64,000 nucleotides of DNA from Felis catus (Eukaryota). The stretch is from the NCBI RefSeq assembly GCF_018350175.1, contig NC_058368.1, positions 216,816,001 to 216,880,000 on the forward strand. Reading direction: 5' to 3'. The position numbers were made by a program, and so were the translations under genes. The notes beneath the pieces are model-generated. The model saw nothing but the letters and a program-made list of their open reading frames with translations, did not search any database and was not told the DNA's origin. How positions within the stretch are numbered: the stretch's first letter is position 1; each line of letters starts with the position of its first letter. Positions 53,748 to 64,000 of the stretch are shown here, in pieces.

Positions 53748-54096
53748 TTTTAAGTCTTATTTAAAGTTCCTGAGCTTTATCTTCTACACATACATAAGTA
53801 TACCTTTAATAACTATATATACTTATGTATTATTTATATATAATTTTAAATGAAAGAAAACTTCACATTTTCAAGAGTCAGGCCAACAAAGCAACCTATA
53901 AACTTCTTCATATGTCTGAGGAATGGTTTCCCCTCCTCAATTTCCATCTGTGTGTCAGGAGAAATGGAAGGGGGAGATGTGGTAGGCTGAATAACTCCTT
54001 TTCCTCTGAAGATGCCCATGTTCCAATACCCAGAATCTCTGAATATATTTCCTTCATGGCAAAAGGGACTTTGCCTATATTATTAAAATAAGGGTT

Positions 54097-54344
54097 GGGG
54101 CACTTGTGTGGCTCAGTCAGTTAAGCATCAGGCTCTTGATTTTGGCTCAGGTCACAATCTCATGGTTCTTGGGTTCAAGTCCTGTGTTGGGATCCATGCT
54201 GACAGTGTAGAGCCTGCTTGGGATTCTCTCTCTTTCCCTCTCTCCCTCTCTCTCAAAATGAATAAATACATTTAATAAAAAGAAAAGAAAAGAAAAGAAA
54301 AGAAAAGAAAAGAAAAGAAAAGAAAAGAAAAGAAAAGAAAATAA
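54097..54344 (+). mobile_element. CAN-SINE with (GAAAA)n tail
   Basis: ggggcacttgtgtggctcag head; tail repeat at ~54277-54341. Confidence 0.92.
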
Positions 54345-54359
54345 TAAAATAAGAATCTT

Positions 54360-54569
54360 GGGTACCTGGGTGGCTCAGTTGGTTAAGCATATGACTCTTG
54401 ATTTCAACTCAGGTCGTGATCTCACAGTTCATGAGTTCAAGCCCACTTCAGTCTCTGTACTGACAGGGCGTAGCCTGCTTGGGATTCTCTCTCTTCCTCT
54501 CTCTCTGCCACTCCCTGGCTTGGTCTCATTCTCTCTATCAAAAAATTAATAAATAAACATAACTTTTTT
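54360..54569 (+). mobile_element. CAN-SINE
   Basis: TSD taaaataagaatctt/taaaataaggatctt. Confidence 0.92.
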
Positions 54570-55069
54570 TAAAATAAGGATCTTAAAATGGCAAGATTAT
54601 CCTAGATTATCTGAGTGGGTCCAATGTAATCAAAAGGGAAGGAAGATCAGAGTTAGACACAGGAAATATTGTTCTTAAGAATAGAAGGCAAAGATTGCAG
54701 TGATGGGAGAAAGGAGTCTTCAGTCCAAAAATGCAGATGATCTCTAGAAGCTGAAAAGGCAAGAAAATGGATTCTACCCTAAAATATTCTGGAGAGAACA
54801 AGCCCCCCTGAAGATACCTTGCTTTTAGCCCAATGAGATTGATGTCATTCCAATCTCCAAAACTGTGAGATGAAAAACTTGTGTTGTTTTAAGCCACTAT
54901 GTGTGTGGTACTTTTTTTACAGCAGCAATAAGAAACTAATATAGAAAGCTTGTTCATGTTGTTTACCAGATCTTAACAGGTTACTATTCTCCCAGCAACC
55001 TTTGCTATGAGCTTCCCTTTCATACAGGAAATGATTGCCACAATGACATCCCCAAAGATTTTTTGTCTT

Positions 55070-55287
55070 TAAAAAAAAAATTAACGTTCATTTGTTTTTG
55101 AGAGAGACAGAGACAGGGCGTGATCAGGGGAAGGGCAGAGAGAGAGAGGGAAAGACAGAATCTGAAACACGCTCCAGGCTCCGAGCTGTCAGCACAGAGC
55201 CCGACATGGGGCTTGACCCCACCAACCGTGAGATCATGACCTGAGCCGAAGTCAGATGCTTAACCGACTGAGCCACCCAGGCACCCC
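55070..55287 (-). mobile_element. SINEC_Fc-like SINE
   Basis: Full antisense copy. Confidence 0.92.
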
Positions 55288-55607
55288 TTTTCAGTCTTAT
55301 TTGGAATTCCTGAGCTTTAGTTTCTATCATCTAATAGGAAAGTAAATATGCATTAAGCGTGTTAACATTCCTGTGGTATAAAGCAAGTTGAAAACATAGG
55401 AAAAACAAAAACAAAAAACAAAACCAGCAAACATCAGGTTACATTCTTTCCTCAACCTGTAGCCTTACTGAAATATGTATTAGGATTGGGAATGCTAAAC
55501 ATTCAGGTAATGTCCTGCTCTGGTGACAGTCAAATGAACCCACCCCTTCTTAATTAGGAAAAGCACTGTCATGGAGTGTGTTAATGCAGATTCTCTAAGA
55601 AGCGATA

Positions 55608-55772
55608 AGAGTGGGGGAGGGGCAGAGAGAGAGGGGGACACAGAATCCAAAGCGGGCTCCAGGCTCTGAGCTGTCAGCACAGAGCGTGACACGCGGCTCA
55701 GACTCATGAACTGAGAGATCATGACTTGAGCCAAAGTCGGACGCTCAACTGACTGAGCCACCCAGGCACCCC
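55608..55772 (-). mobile_element. SINEC_Fc-like SINE lacking its 3' tail
   Basis: Head and body intact; no poly-T or tail on the left side. Confidence 0.88.
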
Positions 55773-56099
55773 TGCAATTTTTTATTCTCACCTAATTTAT
55801 ATCATATTTTCAAATAGACATTTCTTGATTTAAGTCAGTCAACACATTTCTGCTGAGAGATAGATATACGCAGACATACAAACACACACATATTTCTATT
55901 TCTATGCTAATATTCAGTAACATTTTCAAGAAATTCTAGTTTATTTATCTATTTATATTATCTATCTATCTATCTATCTATCACCTATCCATCTATCTAT
56001 TTTTTCCTGTATCAATTTTGGCTGAGTTGTTCTTCAATAGAGGCACCATTGCAGTATTTTTTCTGAATATTGAAAATAGAGTGAAACTCAGTCTTCTAC

Positions 56100-56545
56100 A
56101 TAACTATAGAAAACAGACTCTTCACTATAGAGAACAAACTGAGGGCTGATGGAGGGAGGAGGGTGGGGGGATGGGTTAAATGAGTGATGGGGATTAAGGA
56201 GGGTGCTTGTTGTGATGAGCACTGGGTGTTGTACGTTAGTGATGAATCACTAAATTCTACTCCTGAAACTGTTACACTGTTCATTTATTTTAACTAAATT
56301 TAATTTTTAATGTTTATTTATTTTTGAGACAGAGAGAGACAGAGCATGAACGGGAGAGAGTCAGAGAGAGAAGGAGACACAGAATCCGAAGCAGGCTCCA
56401 GGCTCTGAGCTGTCAGCACAGAGCCCGATGCAGGACTTGAACTCACGGACTGTGAGATCATGACCTGAGCCAAAGTTGGACGCTCAACTGTCTGAGCCAC
56501 CCAGGCGCCCCAATGTTAACTAAATTTAAATAAAAACTCGAAAAA
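56100..56545 (+). mobile_element. Carnivore L1 3' UTR fragment interrupted by a SINE
   Basis: actatagagaacaaactgaggg...gatgaatcactaaattctactcctgaaac. Confidence 0.88.
56302..56511 (-). mobile_element. SINEC_Fc-like SINE
   Basis: TSD ttaactaaattt. Confidence 0.93.
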
Positions 56546-57699
56546 GATAGATAAATAAATAAATGAATAATTACATTAACAAATAGTCCTGTATGCTTTA
56601 CTCCTAAAGCTCAGTGATAAAAATACCACTTACATTATGTCTGATTTTTTTTTACATATATGAAACTATTCAATAGATGGTTGTTTTTCTAATGCATAAA
56701 GGAAACTAAAGAAACAAAGTCACCATTCTTTTTCACAACTTGACAAATTACCAAAAAAAAAAAAAAAGAAGTTTATTTTATCATAAAGGTAATTGAGGAC
56801 AGGCAATCTTTACATATGGATGCTATAAATTAGCACTAACAATCCTGGTAAATTTTAGATAATGTGTTCAAAATATTTTCCACAAGCCATATTCACTTTG
56901 CCTCTCATTCTTCCACCTGTTCAAACAAGATTAGCACCTGCTAGCAAAAATAAAAACAAACAATTCAGAAAGAATCAGACATCCCTGAATTTATTAAGAC
57001 AGAGCTGTTTCGGCTGAGTATTTCATCATCTGTTCCAAAGTCTACACTTATTGGGTATAAATGTATTTCTTCAAAGGGTCCAGAGTACTTCCTGTTTTAT
57101 ACAATTTGGAACTAAAATATTACAGTATAAATAAACAACCTGATAATTTCACATGTTATAGAGCTGTTTATTAAATACTGCAGTTAAATATTAAATTTAA
57201 TTGCTTGCTTCTCTAGAATTCTGAATGTATAAAATAAACATCCCATTTGGGATATAAGCCATTCACATATAATGGACAGTGTTTATGTTTTTTTTTTCCT
57301 GTTAAGTTTTCTTCGCTCAAGTATTTCAGCATACTCACATATAAGATAGCATCTATCCATGTGAAAAAATAGCCATTAAATTAAATGTTTATCACTGATC
57401 AAACATTTCAACAAATTATTGTGTTTATATACTCTCTGTGAGATTGTTCTAAACTGGGGATAAAGCAATGAATAGAAGATACATTTCTTACTACCAATAA
57501 CAAAAGCTTTTAAAATGCCTTCTAGGTTAAATATGTGGTACAAAGTATGTAGAGAGCAGATTTGAAAGGAAATCTAGGAAGAAACTCATTCAAATGAGCA
57601 AGTGGTAGCTTAGCTGTTTTTTTTTTTTTTTTCCCACAGTAATGATGAGAGGGAGAGGAAGACAGAGACAGAGACAAAGAGAATGGAAGGGAACACATA

Positions 57700-57865
57700 T
57701 ACCAAACAGAGAAGCCTAATGTTGCAAATGACATTGCATTCCTTTGCCATGTTCCATTCTTTAAATTATAGTCAGGGAAACCACACATAAGGGGAGGGAA
57801 ACTAAGTTCCATTTATTGAGGAGAGGTGTAGTAAATGATGGTGGATATATCTTTAAAACCACTAT
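57700..57865 (-). mobile_element. Old MLT1 (F/G/H-like) LTR fragment
   Basis: aaggggagggaaactaagttccat...atatctttaaaaccacta terminus. Confidence 0.5.
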
Positions 57866-57935
57866 CATCCCTTCACTCTTCAGGGCTTGATCGGATTTCA
57901 ACAAGTAAGTCACCGCAGGAAATTTGTTTTTCCTC

Positions 57936-58102
57936 TTTTTTTTTTTATTGAGATATAATTGATATATAACATTGGATAAGTTTAAGGTGTTAATTTACTG
58001 CATTTTTATATTGTAATATGATTATCACCATAGAGTAAGCTAACACTTTCATCACTTCGCATAACATCTCCTTCTTTTGTGGTGAGAATACTTAAGATCT
58101 AG
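57936..58102 (-). mobile_element. L1MA-like 3' end
   Basis: ttttattgagatataattga...gtggtgagaatacttaagatcta. Confidence 0.8.
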
Positions 58103-58589
58103 TTTGGTTATTTAACACCTTATTCGTGCTATCAGTCAGATCATTATATGTTCGTCACTTCCTTCCACCAAAGTCCACGGCCACAGCACCATACAGCTCT
58201 CATCCCCCAAATTTTTATAGTGTGTCTCTCTTATTTCTTTCTTCGTCTATGGGCAGAAATAGCTCTCACTATTCTTTGTGATTGTACAATCAAATGCACT
58301 TAAAATGAACAAAGAATGACATTGGATTCTGATATACAGTAGGAAATGGTATTACACCACGAATGGAATTGCACTGTTAGCATTATATATTATCTAATTA
58401 TATATGTAAATATTAATTAATGGAAGAATGGTAATGAACTAAATATCCTATTACATTCTTTGTTGTTTTTCTTAAACTGGGACTAAATCTATGTGAATTA
58501 TCTTTTAGCAAAACTCTCTTTACATTACCTAGAGTACAGCATCTGCTTTCTACAGGGTTTCTAACTGATGTAATAATTTAGAAGACATC

Positions 58590-58940
58590 AAACATGAGAC
58601 TCAGATGAACTGGAATTCTAATCTAAGCTTTATGCTACTTAATAGCTTGTATGACACCGGAAAGCTAATTAATTTCCCAACGCCTCAGTTTCATCATCTA
58701 TCACATCTATTCAGAGCTTACTACATGTCAAGCACTTATCAGGCACAGAAAGAGTTACAAATCAATTTGTGTAACACATAGGGGATTGTAGTCCTGTGCT
58801 GTTGATTGATTATTGTTCCTATTTGATAGTTATCAGTTACTAATGAACTCACCTGAGTTCACACAGCCAGAATGATTCAGGCAGCATTTGAATTGAATTC
58901 TTCTGACTCTAGAGCACACACATGTGTCTATTGCACTGCC
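58590..58940. mobile_element. MIR fragments
   Basis: gcctcagtttcatcatct core; antisense aactcacctgagttcacacagc...tctgactctagagc. Confidence 0.6.
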
Positions 58941-59653
58941 CTAGTGCCTATTTCCAAGGCTGGGTGTGAGAAGTCAGTATGTACACAAAAGTAAAATGCT
59001 TAGACTTACATGGGCCAGACCTCAATAGATCTAAATTCTTGTAATCATTATTTATACATTTTCCTTTTGAAAATTTTAGCAAGAAATTTAAGGATAAATT
59101 TATTTCAATAAGAAGTTTTCTCCTGACTAGACATAAAAGTTACTCTTGAGGGGAAGGGGATGTTACAACTATTTTGATTTAAAAATTAGTTATACAGGTC
59201 ATCAGTAACAAACTCAACAACTTTGAACTGTGTTCAGCATAAAACCTTAAGACGAGTCACAAAAAGGCAGGAGAGGATTACATACAGTACATAGCTATTT
59301 TTAAGAATGTCAAAGCACTACAATCAGAATAAAACTATTTTTATAAAAAAGTAACTGAAAATCATACCTTATACTCTAAAATATAATTTGCTCTTAGCCT
59401 TGTTTAAGGATTAGTTAAAGCCTGATTAAAAAATAAGCTGGGTGAAACATGGAAGTTCCTTTTAAAAAATTTTGCTTCATATACAAATGGAAACACTTAA
59501 ATGTATATAATTTTAACACATACAGGTTTTCAAGGAGCACTCTACACTTAAAAAAATAAATAGAAATAAAGTAAACTTTTTCTAAAATATAAAATTTTTA
59601 CTAGCGTAGTCTTTGTCTAAGTGGAATTTAGAAAGAAGCGCTGATTTTCTGTT

Positions 59654-60286
59654 TGTAAGGATCATAGGAATCTGGACCAACTTTCTTAATAAAGGCAAAA
59701 AAAGAAAAAAGCCTCTTGGGAAGGCTCACTGGACTTATAAGGTGACCAGAGAGGCTTTAAGGTTCCCATCAGCCTGACTAAGGTTTCTTCAGGCTTCTTG
59801 GGGCTCTGGGCCCCTGACCACACTGTTCTGAGAATAGTTGCTTAGAAAACTTTTAATGCATTCTCTGCCTCTTTGTGATGTAAATTCCTTTAAAAAGAAA
59901 ACAAAAAAAAAAACCTCTTGCCACTTTTACAACCCCGTAATATCTTCCTCAAGGACCTGGGAACCACCCCTTTTAATGTCTTCTTTAAAAAAGATACAGA
60001 CTCTGTCTTTTAATCCCAATAGGGGAGTGAAAGCCTAAATTCTTTAGGGCAGGACCCAGCATATTGCTCCAAATTGTAAAATGAAGACAGAGAGTTTATT
60101 TTCTGTTAAGTAAGACCAATTAGAAAACACAATGGCCTGTGGTCTCCATTCCCATGCCATCCCAGTTCTTCAAGACTCTAGCTTTTTGTCTTGGCACAAC
60201 ACAGTATTCAAGACTTTCTCTCCTCTTGCTACCAAAGAAATCAACTTGTGTCTGTTCGTCCATCTGGTGTGATGTTTTTCCTCAAT
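59654..60286 (+). mobile_element. ERV1-class solo LTR (MER34/MER39-like)
   Basis: cctcttgccacttttacaaccc...tcaaggacctgggaacca segment resembles MER34-group LTRs; boundaries approximate. Confidence 0.55.
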
Positions 60287-61649
60287 AAAGGTCAGCGGTG
60301 GCTGGGCTCTTGGAAAGGGTGACTTCTTGAAAATACTTCAAAAGGTAAGATTTTTGCCTTTCTCCTGAGTAGGTTCTATGCACTCACATTCCGGCTGAGT
60401 CAAATCTCATGTTCTAATCTTCCTCACCGAAGTCTGAACACTCTGATTGGAACCTCGTCCTAAGAGTGCAGCTGGCCTAGGTTCTCAAAGAAATATGCCT
60501 AGTATCCCAACTATAGTGGTGTTTTCAGTTGCACTACAGGTTGATTAAGAAATTAATTTTGTTTGGGAACAGCATGGAAGTTTTTGTGTGTCTCATGTCC
60601 ATGAAATACAGCCAGACCAACACTAAACCATCCTGCACACCTAGAAACCGATCTGAGGATTAACACAACAACCTGCACAACCTAAACCACATAATTCAGC
60701 AGGTACCTGGCATGGAGAGGTGAAATTGGGGAGAGAAAAGCCATGGAGGGCAGGGAGCTGCTTGTGCGTGTGGGAGAGGATGGAGACGGGACAGGGGTGA
60801 ATATGGGGAAAGCACCCCTCCCCAAAAGCAGCTGGAGAGAAAGTAGAAAATTGGAAACAGCCACAGGGATGGAAATAAAAAGGGAGAAAAGAGAAAAGAG
60901 AGGGTTTAGCTTCCATTAAGACTGTAAACAGGTGGAGCCCAGAGTCTGAAACTCCACAGCTCAATGCCTGGCGGTGCTCTGGTGGGAAGGGTGAATCCCC
61001 AGGAGCAGAGTGGGGTCTGGGAGATTCTTGGGAGAATCAGTTCCACTGCTGGAAGGACATTTGGTAGAGGCTATGACGCCACCTGGGCCCAGCAGACCCC
61101 AGAGAACAGCCACATTCGCTGGTGCAGGAATAAGGTCGTCGGGGGTGAAGCCCGGTCACACAGAGGGGCGGAGCAGGTCAAAGCCACAGTGCCTCAGAAG
61201 TGGGAGATCAGAGAAGGCAGCCACATCTGAGACAAAACTCAGGAGGGAGGCGCTGTCTGGGGCTTGGTCATGGACAGTGTAGAAGCGAGGAGTGGATGGA
61301 ACCTGAAGACAAAGGACAGGTGCACGATTGCAGATCAGGGAGAACAGAGTTCCAATACTAGAGATTGGGTAGCTGGTGATGCCATTTTCACCGCTCCCGC
61401 ACATGCACATAAGCACCTACACGTGCCACAACAATCCACCCCAGTAGGCTAGCAGCACCATCTAGTGGAGAACAGAGCCATTACATTAAGCCCTGCCCAA
61501 CTGGGCCAACCTCACTCTTCAAGAACACAAATCTCACCACCTGCTTAGGTTATGGGCTATAAAGTGCTTCAAAGTTTGACCTCTAGGGGAAAACGAAGTA
61601 ATTTCAGTCGTACTTCAGTCTGTTAGCTAGTCCATCTATTCAACTTTCT

Positions 61650-61698
<49 letters not shown>

Positions 61699-62123
61699 TT
61701 TCTTCTTTTTTCTTTTTTCTTTTTTGTTTTTTTTCTTTTTCTTGAGTACAGAAAGAGAAAAAATCCATTTTTATTTTCAAAAATATTTTTCTTTAATTTT
61801 TTTCTAATACATTTTTTACTTTTGTGTAATTTTTTCCAAATCTATTTTACTTCCATCATTTCATTTTATTCTATCTCAGTGTATTCATTTTTTTCCAAAT
61901 TTTGAAATGATTTCCTCATGTTTCCTTCTTTTTCCCCCTTTTTTCTCTAATCTATCAAGCCACTTTCAACACCAAGACCAAAACACACCTAGGATCAAGC
62001 ATCATTTATTTAATTTTTTTTTCTGTGTGTGTTTGTTTTTAAGTTTTTAATTTTAATATTTTTTAATTTTAATTTTTTTATTTTAATTTTTTCTACCTCA
62101 TTAATTCCTTTTCTCCCTTCAAA

Positions 62124-63022
62124 ATGATGAAGCGAAGGAATTCACCCCAAAAGAAAGAGCAGGAAGAAGCGACAGCCAGGGACTTAACCAACACAAATAC
62201 AAGCAAGATGCCTGAACCAGAATTTAGAATCACAATACTAAGAATACTAGCTGGAGTCGAAAATAGATTAGAATCCCTTTCTACTGAGATAAAAGAAGTA
62301 AAAGCAAGTCAGGGTGAAATAAAAATGCTATAACTGATCTGCGATCTCAAATGGATACCGCAGCAGCAAGGATTGATGAGGCAGAACAGAGAATCAGTGA
62401 TATAGAGGACAAACTTATGGAGAATAATGAAGCAAAAAAAAAAAAAGAAAAAAGAAAAAAACAGGGAGATTACGGCAAAAGAGCACGATTTAAGAATTAG
62501 AGAAATCAGTGACTCATTAAAAAGGAACAACATCAGAATCATAGGGGTCCCAGAAGAGGAAGAGAGAGAAAAAGGGGTAGAAGGGTTACGTGAGCAAATC
62601 ATAGCAGAAAATTTTCCTAACCTGGGGAAAGACACAGACATCAAAATCCAGGAAGCACAGAGGACTCCCATTAGATTCAACAAAAACCAACCATCAACAT
62701 GGCAGATCATAGTCAAATTCACAAAATATTCAGGCAAGGAAAGAATCATGAAAGCAGCAAGGGAATAAAAAAGTCCTTAACCTACAAAGGAAGATAGATC
62801 AGGTTTGCAGCATACCTATCCAGGCCTGCTGGATAGGCCAGAAAGGAGTGGCAGGATATATTTAATGTGCTGAATCAGAAAATATGCAGTCAAGAATTCT
62901 TTATCCAGTAAGGCTGTTATTAAAAATAGAAGGAAAGATAAAATTTCCCAGACAAATAAAAATTAAAGGAGTTTGTGACCACTAAACCAGCCCTGCAAGA
63001 AATTTTAAGGGGGACTTTCTGA
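62124..63022 (+). pseudogene. L1 ORF1p, disrupted
   Basis: MMKRRNSPQKKEQE..., DSLKRNNIRIIGVPEEEE..., IAENFPNL, IQEAQRTP; frameshifts near 62320, 62434-62461 and 62765. Confidence 0.93.
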
Positions 63023-63132
63023 GGGGAGAAAAGATGAAAAAATACATACATACATACATACATACCAAAAGCAACAAAGATTAGAAAGGACCAGAGAACA
63101 CCACCAGAAACTCCAACTCTATAAGCAACATA

Positions 63133-64000
63133 ATGGCAATAAATTCATAACTTTCAGTACTCACTCTAAATGTCAATGGACTAAATGTTCCAATAAAAAG
63201 GCATAAAGTACCAGAATGGATAAGAAAACAAGATCCATGTATATACTGTTTACAAGGAACCCACTTTAGACCTACAGACACCTTCAGATTGAAAGTAAGG
63301 GGATGGAGAAACATCTATCATGCTAATGGTCCACAAAAAAAAGCCCGAGTAGCCATACTTATATCAAAAAATCTAGGCTTTAAAATAAAGACTGTATCAA
63401 GACATGAAGAAGGGCATTATATCATAATTAAGGGGTCTATCCACCAAGAATACCTAACAATTGTAAACATTTATGCGCTGAATGTGAGAGCACCCAAATA
63501 TATAAATCAATTAATCACAAACACAAAGAAATTCATTGATAGTAATACCATAATAGTAGAAGACTTCAACACCCCACTCATAGCAATGGACAGATCATCT
63601 AATCAAAAAATGAACAAGGAAACAAAGGCTTTGAATGACACACTGGACCAGATGGACTTAAAAGATATATTCAGAATATTCCATCCTAAAGCAGTGGAAT
63701 ATACATTCTTCTCCAGTGCACATGGAACGTTCTCCAGAATAGACCACATACTGGGACACAAATCAGCCCTCAGCAAGTACAAAAGATCAAGATCATACCA
63801 TGCATATTATCAGACCACGAAGCCCTGAAACTCAAAATCAACCAAAAGAAAAAATTTGGAAATGTAACAAATACTTGGAGACAGAAGAACATCCTACTAA
63901 AGAGTTAATGGGCCAACCAAGAAGTTAAAGATGAAATTAAAACGTATATGGAAGCCAATGAAAATGATAACAAAACAACCAAAACCTCTGGGATGCAGCA
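63133..64000 (+). pseudogene. L1 ORF2p APE-like endonuclease domain, disrupted
   Basis: ATG at 63133 with in-frame TAA at 63148; LTLNVNGLN, VNIYA, DFNTPL, YTFFSSAHGTFSRIDHILGHK; SDH motif shifted out of frame. Confidence 0.94.

Larger units (their letters stand above)
53978..54943 (+). mobile_element. MLT1D-like solo LTR interrupted by two SINEs
   Basis: Starts tgtggtaggctgaataa; catggcaaaagggactttgc, gattatcctagattatc; ends agcagcaataagaaactaata. Confidence 0.9.
60566..64000 (+). mobile_element. Felid/carnivore L1, 5' UTR-ORF1-ORF2(EN), runs off the window
   Basis: ~1.55-kb 5' UTR with GC-rich then T-rich parts, followed by recognisable ORF1 and ORF2. Confidence 0.96.

Noticed and set aside
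60566..64000. Possibly active L1
   Set aside because: ORF1 has several frameshifts, ORF2 has a stop at codon 6 and a later frameshift, and CpGs have decayed

Overview
AT-rich mammalian non-coding DNA, almost certainly from a cat-family (Felidae) genome. It carries about 30 tRNA-derived CAN-SINEs, including three young SINEC_Fc-type copies with intact target-site duplications (TSDs). It also carries carnivore L1s: a 5'-truncated copy, an internally deleted copy that keeps both ends, and the 5' 3.4 kb of a decayed long copy running off the window. Older eutherian repeats (L1M, L2, MIR, MLT1 and ERV LTRs) and microsatellites make up most of the rest. I cannot support any host protein-coding exon or RNA gene; the ORF track is mostly SINE/L1 read-through or chance. 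The most unexpected structure is a ~300-bp inverted duplication of sequence I do not recognise as a repeat (14862-15157 vs 17645-18202), bracketing ~2.5 kb. Also notable are a gap-free 140-bp local duplication of a SINE head plus its unique flank (53647 vs 55187), a SINE rewritten with two hairpins, two SINEs inserted at one site, a CpG-retaining unique patch near 43.3-43.7 kb, and weak minus-strand exon candidates. I found no evidence of a new multi-gene system. Subfamily names come from recalled consensus features and need RepeatMasker/Dfam confirmation, and boundaries of old repeats are approximate.
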